64,000 nt of DNA from Eukaryota sp. TZLM1-RC (GCA_040285825.1 JAUPSS010000004.1:5237784-5301783), one strand, 5' to 3'. Positions 36,811 to 47,670 are shown, numbered from the stretch's first letter. The notes: a model not told the origin generated them from the letters alone. A program made the numbers and translations.

Positions 36811-37911
36811 TGTTGTTGTTGAACTCAAATTGAATTAGTAGGTTTCTTTGTATTTCGACTGATGACGTGATACTCATTTATGAATCAGTTTTATTAATAA
36901 ACTCAGATTTCTCTCTCTTCTTCGTGTGTTCATCTGCCTAACGGCATCAATAATTATTGGCCCTTCTTATTTCAGATGACTGTTCCTTCTGTCAACCTCC
37001 CGTCTCTTTCTTCCATGAAAGTTGAAAGTGTTCTCTTGTTCCTACAAGAGTGGAAGATCTATTCTTCTGTGACTTCTAAGAAAGAGCTTGTTCCAGCAAG
37101 ACTCTTGGTCGATTCTTTTCTGTTAGAGTCCCTATCTCTCCAGAAATCCGACGTCTCTTCCAGTGACGATGTTCTTCTTAGACATCTTCAATCTGTCGTA
37201 TCGTTCGCCACGTACGAAGATTTTAGTCTGGCTATGTCAGAACTGAAGCTTGATGTCCGTATTGGTGACGTCCGAGAACGTATGTCCTGTTACCTGCGAC
37301 GTTTCCTCCAGGTAAAGAGTAGGGCTTCCGGACTGAAGTTACCAGACACAGCTTTTCTGAATCGATTTGCCAGAGGAATTCTTCCCGTAGGTCTTCAACG
37401 TTCTCTACTAGCGAGAATTCGAGATGATGTATTCCCAGATCTTCACTCTCTTGTCGAAACCACTACTGATGAGCTGTTGGACTGCTCTAGGGTTGCTTCA
37501 TGGACTCGTGGTTTCAAAACCTCAGTGAATGATGTGGAACGTACGGCTGGCACTAAAACGAGGTCCTCTTGGCGCTCTCAGGATTTAAAAAATCAATCGT
37601 GCTTCAAGTGCCACAAGCCTGGACACATCTCCCGCGATTGTCCAACTAAAATCAAACATGAGGTAAATTATTTGTGTCACACAAACGATGCACCAAAGAG
37701 TTTAACAAACCCCATATCTTCCCTCTATTGAGACAGTACTGTATTTGTCCTCAGAAAAGTGGGAAAAAGTAGTGTTGTTGTTGAACTCAAATTGAATTAG
37801 TAGGTTTCTTTGTATTTCGACTGATGACGTGATACTCATTTATGAATCAGTTTTATTAATAAACTCAGATTTCTCTCTCTTCTTCGTGTGTTCATCTGCC
37901 TAACGGCATCA
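36811..37911 (+). mobile_element. Gag-only mini LTR retrotransposon, 1101 bp
   Basis: 139-bp LTRs (36811-36949 and 37773-37911) that look identical, TG..CA ends, ATAT TSD, polypurine tract AGAAAAGTGGGAAAAAGTAG before the 3' LTR. Confidence 0.93.
36976..37731 (+). CDS. Gag-like protein with CCHC zinc knuckle
   Basis: CFKCHKPGHISRDC; intact 251-aa ORF between the LTRs; no protease, RT or integrase. Confidence 0.88.
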   Translation: MTVPSVNLPSLSSMKVESVLLFLQEWKIYSSVTSKKELVPARLLVDSFLLESLSLQKSDVSSSDDVLLRHLQSVVSFATYEDFSLAMSELKLDVRIGDVRERMSCYLRRFLQVKSRASGLKLPDTAFLNRFARGILPVGLQRSLLARIRDDVFPDLHSLVETTTDELLDCSRVASWTRGFKTSVNDVERTAGTKTRSSWRSQDLKNQSCFKCHKPGHISRDCPTKIKHEVNYLCHTNDAPKSLTNPISSLY

Positions 37912-39078
37912 ATATTCTGTAAGCAGTGTTTGCGTTTATCGACAAAAACTATTGGAGATAGTTAATGCAAAGTGCAACTCATGAATCATGTGGTAAAGGC
38001 TTACAGTAGGGAATTAAAAAAAGTGAATGGATGTGTAATTTTTCAAAAACAGAGAAAATTCAAACTAAGACAAAAATACAAGAACACACAGTCAGTTTGC
38101 GAGTCCTAAAAACCATTTAAGTGTAAATTAGTTGGCAAAACGATAAGTTTTCCAATTGAAATAACCATATTTTGGAAGAATTATACACAATAGCAAGGTT
38201 GTCGGGGGTTTGTTAATGATGAGACAAAAATTTTAAAGCAATTATTGCCAGTATTATCATCTGCTGTACGTATTGCATATTGTCAATAGCAATATTATCG
38301 GCGATTCGATTTCCATTAAAAAATTGTGATTGGTTCGGTTTTTGTAAGCGAAAAATTTCCACAGTTCGTCCTTTCCTCAATAACTTATAAATTTTTCTAA
38401 ATTTTTTAAGTGTTGGTATTATGGGAAATTCAAAAACCACAGTTGAATGGACCAATTCTTTCTGGACATTTATTTTCGGTAGCAAGACAAGTTGCTAGTC
38501 ACTTGAGACAAGTTTGAATGTGTAGAAACACCTTTAAATCTATCTATTTGGCCGAAGAGTAGTGAAGTATTAATAGTTTCAGATTCGAGTATTTAAAGCT
38601 TTTTTGATCAGAAAAAAATTGTCGGTTCAAAGATGTCAAGAGCAAAACCAAACCAAACTGTTCCAAAAGGTTCCCATCCGTAGAATATAAATTAAGACGT
38701 ATTATCAATTCAGATCTTTTAACCCGATGTATATGTTTGGTGCTTACAATGGGCCAGATTTCCAATACTAATCACCATTTAAATGAAGAGCTTCCGTGGA
38801 ATAAAGACCATCCGTAACTTCAAGGGACACTGGAGAGTTGTGGTGTTGCAGAGGAGGTTCATGATCACGTGATCATCACGTGATCAGTGATAAAATACAG
38901 TTACATCTCTTTGATCTATGCTAAAATCAAGAAGACCCATTGTTTGAAATGATTATTTGACAGTTAAGCAGTAATCATTGCTATCATAAAGTTCCTTAAA
39001 ACTGGCCTACCTTCATATAATTCAAGCATGAAGAATTCAAGTAAAAAACAAAAAAATACCATATTTATTACCCAGCAA

Positions 39079-39094
39079 AGTGTTGAAAAACACT
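39079..39094 (-). promoter_or_regulatory. Histone 3' stem-loop (variant) of H2A
   Basis: AGTGTT-TTTC-AACACT on the minus strand, overlapping the stop codon. Confidence 0.75.
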
Positions 39095-39477
39095 TAGATT
39101 TCTTGAGAAGCTTGTTCTTCGGCTTCAACGCGAGCCTTGGATCCCTTTGGAAGAAGATCGGAATGGATATGAGGAAGAACACCACCAGAGGGAATCATAA
39201 TGTGGGACAAAAGCTTGCTGAGTTCTTCATCATTACGGATAGCCAAGAGAATGTGTCTGGGGACGATACGGGTCTTCTTGTTATCTCTAGCAGCGTTACC
39301 AGACAATTCAAGGACCTCAGCGGTGAGGTATTCAAGGACAGCGGCCATGTAGACGGGAGCACCAGCTGCAATACGTTCAGCATAGCGACCTTCACGGAGG
39401 TAACGACGAATACGACCTACAGGGAATTGGAGTCCTGCTTTGAAGGAAAGAGTACGAGCACCAGTTTCTTCAGCCAT
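39094..39477 (-). CDS. H2A: Histone H2A with H2A.X-like SQEI C-terminus
   Basis: [30 protein letters not shown]..; true ATG at 39477; ends ASQEI. Confidence 0.97.
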   Translation of the reverse strand: MAEETGARTLSFKAGLQFPVGRIRRYLREGRYAERIAAGAPVYMAAVLEYLTAEVLELSGNAARDNKKTRIVPRHILLAIRNDEELSKLLSHIMIPSGGVLPHIHSDLLPKGSKARVEAEEQASQEI

Positions 39478-39626
39478 GAGAGATGAACTAATGAGGAAAA
39501 GGAAACAGAATTTCAATTTCAAGACGACAATTTTGATTGTTGCAAGATTGTCGTTTGTGGCAAAACATTGAATCAGCTTCTTTTTGTTGCAAAAACAAAT
39601 TCACAATCACCATTTCTCTCAATCTC

Positions 39627-40061
39627 ATGCCCGGAAAGAAGTCTGTAAAGTCTACCAAATCCATCAAGGGAGTTCCCTCCAAAGCCCCATCAAAGGCACC
39701 TGCCAAAGCTGTAAGCAAGGCTGTTGCTGAAGGAGGAGCTGTCGCTGCTGCTCCCAAGCGTAAGAAGGCCCGTAAGGAGACATGGGCTACTTACATCTAC
39801 CGTGTCCTGCGTCAAGTTCATCCCGATACTGGTATCTCCACCAAGGCTATGGGAATCATGAACTCTTTTGTCAATGACATTTTTGAACGTATCGCCACTG
39901 AAGCTTCTCGTCTTGCTCGTGTTAACAAGAGAAATACTCTTTCTTCTCGTGAAATTCAGACTGCTGTTAGATTGTTGTTACCTGGTGAACTCTCCAAGCA
40001 TGCTGTTTCTGAAGGTACCAAGGCTGTTACCAAGTTTACCTCTGCTGGTGAAGCTGAATAG
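39627..40061 (+). CDS. H2B: Histone H2B
   Basis: [31 protein letters not shown]; ATG at 39627; divergent from H2A across 149 bp. Confidence 0.97.
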   Translation: MPGKKSVKSTKSIKGVPSKAPSKAPAKAVSKAVAEGGAVAAAPKRKKARKETWATYIYRVLRQVHPDTGISTKAMGIMNSFVNDIFERIATEASRLARVNKRNTLSSREIQTAVRLLLPGELSKHAVSEGTKAVTKFTSAGEAE

Positions 40062-40077
40062 ATTTGTGGTATTTGAT

Positions 40078-40093
40078 GGTGTTTTTCAACACT
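40078..40093 (+). promoter_or_regulatory. Histone 3' stem-loop (variant) of H2B
   Basis: GGTGTT-TTTC-AACACT, 16 nt after the stop. Confidence 0.75.
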
Positions 40094-40430
40094 GGATAAA
40101 TTTGTTTTTTATTTTTGCTATCAAGATGTCATTTAGTTTTTTAATTGAATGGAATGCAAAAAGCTTCTATATCAATCACTTTGAGCATTGTTCAAAATTT
40201 ATGAGCTTGACATAGCTTCATCATTGCATTCAAACTGCATTTATCACCAAAAGGGTTAGAAACGACACATCATGAGAATTGATTTTTCTATCAGCAGTGT
40301 GAGAAGCATTGACAGAATAAGCCACCATTAGTGATGGAACGATAATTAATCTTGGCAAGACAATTTCCAGAATCAAACTCAAATTCTCAAATTCTTTGAA
40401 AATAATGTATTCTTATATTCATAGATCTCA

Positions 40431-40742
40431 ATGGCTGGCCGTGGAAAAGGTGGAAAAGGTTTAGGTAAAGGTGGTGCCAAGCGCCATAGAAAGGTTCTTC
40501 GTGAAAACATTCAAGGTATTACCAAGCCTGCTATTCGTCGTCTTGCTCGCCGTGGTGGTGTCAAGCGCATATCTGCTTTGATCTATGATGAAACCCGTAC
40601 CGTTCTCCGTACTTTCCTCGAAAACGTGATCCGTGACTCTGTTACTTATTGTGAACATGCCAGAAGGAAGACTGTCACTGCCATGGATGTTGTCTATGCC
40701 TTGAAACGTCATGGGCGTGTTTTGTATGGTTTTGGTGTTTAG
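40431..40742 (+). CDS. H4: Histone H4
   Basis: [36 protein letters not shown]. Confidence 0.99.
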   Translation: MAGRGKGGKGLGKGGAKRHRKVLRENIQGITKPAIRRLARRGGVKRISALIYDETRTVLRTFLENVIRDSVTYCEHARRKTVTAMDVVYALKRHGRVLYGFGV

Positions 40743-40755
40743 GATTTTGTTGTGG

Positions 40756-40771
40756 GGTGTTTTTCAACACT
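40756..40771 (+). promoter_or_regulatory. Histone 3' stem-loop (variant) of H4
   Basis: GGTGTT-TTTC-AACACT, 13 nt after the stop. Confidence 0.75.
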
Positions 40772-41388
40772 AGAGCGTGCTTTTGTTTTGGCTTTGATAT
40801 AAATGTTTCTGTTTTAGATTGTCAGTGATTTCCCATCTTCCCCAACATTATACTTTATCACTGTTGCACTGAACGTCTATACATTTTGATGTCATTTTTT
40901 GCCTGCTTCTTCCACCTTTTTCTTCATTTCGTTCTTCGTATTTGTCCTCCAATGACCGAGCAGATTATCTTAGCCTTGTCAGTTGCCGCATTTCTGTGTG
41001 ATGGTGATTTCCCTCCCAAAATTTGGACATTTAAGGAGATGATCGTTAATTCTTCCCATCAATTCTCAACTTTATTGATTATTAATGTTTAATTGAAAAT
41101 ATTAGATTTTTTCGGTAATGCAATGGCTGTTACACAATGGCGAATACTGTAAAATAAGACGTCCAAACATCACTACTTTATTGGAAGCATTTAGCTATAG
41201 CAAATTAGGGAAAGAATAGTTGTGCATAAGGTGCAATACTGATGGGCGGTTTATCAAAATGCTTTTTGCTACTCTGTTATCAAAAAAAAACAAATTTTCC
41301 CAAATGCGACAGAAAGCATAGTAATCACAGAGAACGACACAGAAAGGAAATTTATATCAAAATATCTATTTACAAACAAAAAAGTACA

Positions 41389-42615
41389 CTAATCGATATC
41401 AACCCACACAAAAATCTTACCTAATCGTGAAATGACTGCAATATTACTGTCCAACAAACAAAGATCACTCAGTGACTCACCAAGGTCAGCAATACCATAT
41501 CCAGCCAGAGAAGGAGTATCATGATCATCATTGAGATCAGAGCATGGAATAGAGTTATCCATCAAAATACCTTGATCCACGTCAAACTTCCATAGTATCA
41601 TTTTCCCTCCATCGCAGACTGAAACAAGGGTATAAGTAATGTGTCGGTCTTGTGTCGGCCGAAACTTTAAACTGGTTACCCAATTGGTATGACCAACACA
41701 TCTTCCTAATATCTTAGCTTCACTATTGAAGAGGTAAATAATGTTGTCTTCCGCTGCAACTGCAACGAGACATGAATCAGAGGAGAGAGCCAATGCACGG
41801 AAAGCGGTGTTGCTAAAGTGTTCATGAATGACGTTTCCTGATTGAATATCCACACAGACAAGCTTTCCTTCCAACGTGCAAGCCCATAGTAATGACATTT
41901 GGTTCATCTTACACACGGCAAACCCTGTGACTGAACGAGTAGAGATAGTGATCCTACATAGAGGGTTGGTTTTGCTCATCGAAGAGGGTCGTGTGGACAG
42001 GATTGGTGTCACTATTTGTGTAGATTTAGGCTCCCATTTGAATTGTTTTGATAGTTTAGGACTAAATACATGAATGGTACCATCAGCAAAGCCTAGGGTT
42101 ATGCAACAAAAATAACACAAACTAGCAAAGAAAGCAGACGAAACGAGAGAGAAACACAAGTTGGTAACTGGAAACTTTGAGACTATCAGACCACTACTAT
42201 TGAGATGAAGCGTAGAAGTACGTTCAAAAGGATCAAAAGCCACGCAATCACCACGGAAAAACCCAATAACAACAAGAAGAGTGTACTCTGAAAATAAGGT
42301 TACTAGTGTTGTTAATTTAGTAGGAAATATAAAGCGACGAATTACAATTCCTGTACATAAATCTATTAATTCAAAAACATTGACATGACCAACGGCTAGC
42401 AACCAAGGGACGTCTAGAGGAGGTCTGTTGTACTCAGCGTGCTTTGGATCAGGAGCGGAGACCGCAGAATTGACTAGGTTTTGTAACTCTTCTGAAGAAC
42501 TGTAGTTGATCAGCTTGAAAGACGAACAGTGATGGTATGAAGGAGAGAGATTGGTTATTGGTTGGGATATGAAATGAACAGCATTGACATGTTCATTGAG
42601 GAGAGAAAGAGCCAT
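41389..42615 (-). CDS. WD40-repeat protein (WDR20/CreC-like)
   Basis: GHTNWVTSLKF, SVCDGGKMILWK, NPLCR motifs; 408-aa intact ORF. Confidence 0.7.
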   Translation of the reverse strand: MALSLLNEHVNAVHFISQPITNLSPSYHHCSSFKLINYSSSEELQNLVNSAVSAPDPKHAEYNRPPLDVPWLLAVGHVNVFELIDLCTGIVIRRFIFPTKLTTLVTLFSEYTLLVVIGFFRGDCVAFDPFERTSTLHLNSSGLIVSKFPVTNLCFSLVSSAFFASLCYFCCITLGFADGTIHVFSPKLSKQFKWEPKSTQIVTPILSTRPSSMSKTNPLCRITISTRSVTGFAVCKMNQMSLLWACTLEGKLVCVDIQSGNVIHEHFSNTAFRALALSSDSCLVAVAAEDNIIYLFNSEAKILGRCVGHTNWVTSLKFRPTQDRHITYTLVSVCDGGKMILWKFDVDQGILMDNSIPCSDLNDDHDTPSLAGYGIADLGESLSDLCLLDSNIAVISRLGKIFVWVDID

Positions 42616-42649
42616 GAAAGTAGTGAATTATACAAGATTATACAAGAGT

Positions 42650-42817
42650 CTAACTGGTTTTCATTTGAAATGCATTCTTTCTTCAAGTATCAAACATATT
42701 CCAAGAACTTTCATTCTTGGTGAGATCGTCCACAGACGTTCTAGAATCCTCGAATAATTGGCCACCAATCTCAGTGAGCCCACATCTCCTCTAGAACAAT
42801 AGGTAGCTTTGAAGCTA
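42650..42817 (-). ncRNA. Candidate Fanzor omega-RNA (structured region 3' of remnant 3)
   Basis: At least five inverted-repeat pairs within ~120 nt directly downstream of the Fanzor stop codon. Confidence 0.4.
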
Positions 42818-43490
42818 GTTTCTTTGTGGTCTCTGGAACGCTTCTGGTCCATAGTAGTACTCACTCATTGTAATTTCTAGCTGATTTAGTGATGTAGAAA
42901 TGTCTCTAGACCAAACTTGATTACATTCTGGACAACTGAAATAGGCGTTTTGAACTTTAACTTCACCATCAACTTCTCGATAGATCTTTTGGTATAGCAT
43001 CTTGCAGCAGTTCACCTTTGCAGAAGTCATATATTCATCTCCGATCTTGACATTAGCAAATGAACATTGTTATAACTTCAGAAACGCCTTGCGTGGCGTT
43101 TTCACTTTTTGACGTGATGTACCACCACCTCCATTGCCAAACCACACCTTTACATCTCGACCGTCTGCAAATTTTTTCACTTTGTTGATAATTGAGCTGA
43201 ATCTTATCTGTTTTCTTATAAAGAAGTCAAATGTGTTTCTCCTCAATGCTTTTCGAGCACTCAGATATAATTGCTGCTTTAGCAATGATCGTCTTACGTA
43301 TTACTTTTATAGTCCTTATAGTCACCGATAGTTGATATTTCAAGCAGATTATGGTTCAATTTCTGCACGTCATAAACATCTATTGATGAGTGGGTCAGTG
43401 AAGCGGAGTGATTGATTTTTCGTTGCTTTGGTGCCAAGAAGAACAGCAAAAACTCTGGCCAGCAAGTGCGCAGGCACATGTCCATGACTT
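42815..43490 (-). pseudogene. Fanzor remnant 3
   Basis: FIRKQ..FS, VWFGNG, TP.K, GDEYMTSAKVNCC, FSCPECNQVWSRD, C-terminal PEAFQR; broken by stops and frameshifts. Confidence 0.75.
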
Positions 43491-43689
43491 CATAGACCTT
43501 ACTGGAAGTAAAAGGTGCACATGTAATCAGAAATGATTGATTTTTCAGTTTCAGTTACTTTCAAATCCCAGTTTATTTTCAACTTGTTACATCCACAAAT
43601 CAATATTACAAATACAAACAGATGAATAAACACATTTATAATGGAAACAGTGATGCCTTGAAATTTCTTTGTTGCTGGTTAAAAAATAG

Positions 43690-43995
43690 CCTCAAATTCA
43701 GAATGAACTACAAGCAATTTTGGAAAAAATGAAAATGGAACCTGATTCAATTTCTTCTTTAGATTTACAAAAACTTATTAAATTTTTCATGCTTGAAATT
43801 TGCTATACTGGCAGAATAACCCACATTTTGAAATCTTGTGTTGTCTTTATAACATTAGATTTTTGTCGCTCCTTTAATACGTTGAGAACAGAATTTTTTG
43901 CTGGTTTATTGGATGTAGAACCAGAAATGTTCAAAAATCACTTATTTTCGGCTTATTTACTGAATCTTCTATTTTGTGTCAATCAGAATTTTTCT
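43690..43995 (+). mobile_element. Non-LTR RT-thumb fragment
   Basis: ICYTGRITHILKS..FCRSFNTLRT; ends at SSILCQSEF. Confidence 0.75.
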
Positions 43996-43999
43996 TTAC

Positions 44000-45000
44000 A
44001 ATATATATTTTATTCCAACAAAATTATGAAAAACTAAAAATCAATCTCCTCATACTCCACATCTACTATAGAAAACTCACCTACAGTTTTTTCTTCATAA
44101 AATTTTCCTAATGATAACAACGAGCTAGAAACAAGACAATACATTTCCTTACAAATAGAAAATACAATTCTATTTTGCCAAAACGTTCGGTCAAATATTA
44201 TTCCAGTTCTATTTTTGACAATAGAAGAGAAATTGTTCAAGAAAGATAGCGCAGTTTTACCCAAGCTTCCGAATAAAGAAAAAGCAAAAGGACAAAGAAT
44301 GTATTGAGTATGTGAGTTGGAATTCAGATTATTGATTTTTTCTGTACACTTAATAATTCTCGCTTCTTCGGCTCTTCGTAAAGATGAGTTAAACGATTAT
44401 GCCAGTTTTTCATTTGAGCTATTTGTTACATCAGTAGATCTGACATCAACAATGATCATTGATCCATCAAGTCCGGGAACTAGCACATCACCACGGCTGT
44501 CACCAAAAGTATTTCTGTCAGAATCATCAGCCAAACTTGAGAGCAAGGGTTCTAAAAAAGATTCAATCTTGTGGGATTTAAACATACAATAAAGCTGATT
44601 ACCAACTGCATCATGTACTTTTGATCTAAAAGTAATAAGCATATTACAATTAAATAAATGGGTTTGAGTGACAGACTTTCCACATTTACAAATCAATCCA
44701 TGAGAAAGATTATCAGGCCAAATAAAAAATCGAAGACGCATAGATAATAAGAAGCAAGGGTCATTGAGAAACAAACCATAAATTCTTGGTACTTGATTAA
44801 TTAAACAAGAAGCAGAACTATCGCAAACATCCATTAGACAATTTGCAAAAGCGGGATTCTTTTGCCTGACCATGCCCAAACGTACTGCATAATCCAAGCC
44901 TTCAAATATCACTGTCAGTGTTTGTTGAAGTTTCTTCACACAATGCCTACAATTAACTAAATTTCGTGGAGGAATTTCTTGAACTGAGTAAAACATTGAC
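44000..45000 (-). mobile_element. RLE non-LTR 3' fragment
   Basis: CKCG..H..NC, HDAV, RGDVLV, VDV, FWQNRIVF, ends EEIDF. Confidence 0.85.
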
Positions 45001-45148
45001 ACCAAATTTGGTCTTGAACTTGATCCATCCAAATGCGTAGTTAGACAGAATGATGTAACCTCTTGAGAGGGAATCGAATTGCCTTTTAATGAATTTAATG
45101 ATGGTTGCATTGAGACCAACAAACCTTAGTCAAAAGACAAATTCAATA

Positions 45149-45219
45149 TGCGTCCGCCGGGAATCGAACCCGGGTCACAACGATGGCAACGTCGTATTCT
45201 ACCACTAAACCACGAACGC
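45149..45219 (-). tRNA. trnG-GCC: tRNA-Gly (GCC)
   Basis: GCGTTCG..TAGTGGTA..CGACG-TTGCCAT-CGTTG..GGTTCGATTCC..CGGACGCA; 71-nt cloverleaf. Confidence 0.96.
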
Positions 45220-45310
45220 GTCAGTTAATGTAGAAGGTGAAAATCAAAAGGTGAGAGGAAATAGTGGATGTAGTTTATGTTATGATATGGTACTTTTGAT
45301 TTTTTGTTAG

Positions 45311-46095
45311 ATGCCCAAAACAGTTCCTCTTTGTGTAATTACTCAAATTCCTCAAATTTATGGTCTTCTTTTAGATGATTCCGAATTTTCTTATACAATG
45401 CGTCTTCGTTGTTTCATTTGGCCTGATAACGTCTTTCCTAATTTGATTTGTAAATGTGGATCAAAAATTTCGCCAAATCATTTATTCCATTGCAAACTTT
45501 TGATTACTTTCCGATCAAAAGTTCATGATACAGTAAGAGATCAACTCTATTGTATGTCAAAATCACATAAAATTGTTCCCGATTTAGAACCATTACTTTC
45601 CCGTTTGGTTAATGAAGATATTTTGAATTCGTTTGGTCGAAATAGAGGTGATTTAATACTTGAAGGTCTTGAAGGTACAACCATTATTAGAGATGTGAGA
45701 TCCACTGATATCTGTTATGATTCTTTTATTCCAATGGCTCAATCAAAATGTAGGGACCCCTTAACTGTTTCCGAAAAAGCTTGAATGTAGAATTGCATAC
45801 TCATTATGTCCTCTGTCCATTTGCAGTTTCCCTTCATGGCACACTTTGACCTCTTATTTTGTCGTTTCTGGATGATTTTGTTGAAATTGTGAAACAACGT
45901 ACTGGAAGAGTTTTTGGCAGAACAGAATTGTATTTTCAATTTTCAAAGGTGTTGTTTCCTTATTATCTTCAGCTTTGATATCTCTTGGACGCGTTTATGA
46001 AAGAAAAACCTCCAGTCAATTCTTGTTGGCTGACTTGGGTTATGAAGACATAGAATTTTGACCTTGTCGTATAGTTTGTTTATGTTGGAATAAAT
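45311..46095 (+). mobile_element. RLE non-LTR 3' fragment
   Basis: QIPQIYGLLL, CKCG..HLFHC, HDTVRD, RGDL, WQNRIVF. Confidence 0.82.
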
Positions 46096-47391
46096 AAAAA
46101 TATATAAAACAAACTTTTGTTCACCTGTCTGGTAAACAGTTGTCACTTTACGTGCTAGTACATCGTATCGTTCCATGCAACAGAAAAACGGCAACTGCAT
46201 TAATGTTTGCCTCGCTATTGACAATAATAATTATGGTGCTGCAAAATGTCCCGGAAAAATCAGTATATTTTAATAAATTTTATTATGAGACGATGTGATT
46301 CACTCTTTTTTCAATAGACTTATACATTTTGTTTGATTAAATTGATTAATTTGGCTTGCTTTACAAGTTTCGATTACAGCAACACTCATGTGGTTTTCGC
46401 CAAAGTTCAATGAATGAAAAAATTTGAAAAGAACTTCTTGAATTCAAAACATACAGGTATATGGTAAATTGAATTTAAAAAAAATTGAAAAAACTGAATT
46501 TAGAAAGCAAGACCAACAGTATTGTCGTGTTCAACTTCCCTGGAAGACTAAAAGGGGACATGGAATTTGTATACAGTTTTTGAGTAAATAATACACACAA
46601 GTAAATGTTCAATAAATAAAACAAATGTTTTAAAAAACAAGTTAATGTTTGTCAATATTTTCAACATCTCTGGTAAATACTCAATCCAATGATACCCATC
46701 AAAAACTATTGATGAACGATGAAATCATTTATTGTCATTTGAATAGAAAAGAAAAGAATATTTTAGAAGAAATAATGCGACCTAAACAATGACCTCCTAC
46801 AACATTATCTTCAGTTTTCATTTATTTTATTTATTTTATCTTCATTATTTTCAATTTTTGGAAATTATTATAATTCTTTGCATAATGCGCGCTGTCTTTA
46901 CTTTTCTGGAAATCTTTTATTTTTTAAACAAGGAATGCAAATATTAAATACACGTCCTCAAAACCTGCCTTTCATGTATTGAAACAGTTGTCACTAAAGA
47001 TTAAGAAAACCAATCTCTGTTCTTTGGGAGACGATAAAGATAATTGTAAATAATTGTAAATAATTGTAAACACATGAAAATTCACTCGCTTACTGTCAAT
47101 CTACAAGAAAAATTGTTCCAAAATCTGTATCTCATTTTTTTACTCGAGAACAGATTGAATTAAATGTTTGTTTTTGTGATCTTGTAGAAAAGTCAAGCAG
47201 AAATGAACATTATTGTAAAGTTGATGATAAAAAAATCACTTCAAATCATCATTGCTCTGAAAAACAATTGCTGGGTTCATCTAAAAATTTTGTTTTGAAT
47301 TTTATTTATTCATTTTTAAAACTACAATCTAAAAATCAATATGTTTTTAATATATTATATATATGTGTCAATTAATTTAACATATATATTT

Positions 47392-47670
47392 TTAATATGC
47401 AAAAACAGTGGAACTTTGCGTTGCCATCAATAAATCTTCCCAATCTGCAAATCTTTCGGAAAACTCAAAGATTGCATTTCTGCATCCACCAACAAAAGCA
47501 CACGAGGTAAGAATAGAAGCCTTCGTCCACCCTAAACCGCCATAATGTGGAGTAAGGTAAGCATGGTCTGGAATTTGGAACATTTTACATCCCAGTAATT
47601 GTGACAGAACTTTTGCACGTAATTCATGAAACTTCTGAGCCAAAGGTCTAGTGACGATATGAGTAACCAA
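47392..47670 (-). mobile_element. Non-LTR thumb-region fragment
   Basis: YGGLGWTKAS..AFVGGCRNAIFEF, homologous to the other families. Confidence 0.7.

Noticed and set aside
39028-39757. Antisense ORFs over H2A/H2B and the N-terminal extensions in the ORF track
   Set aside because: Shadow frames and non-ATG starts; the real starts are 39477 and 39627.
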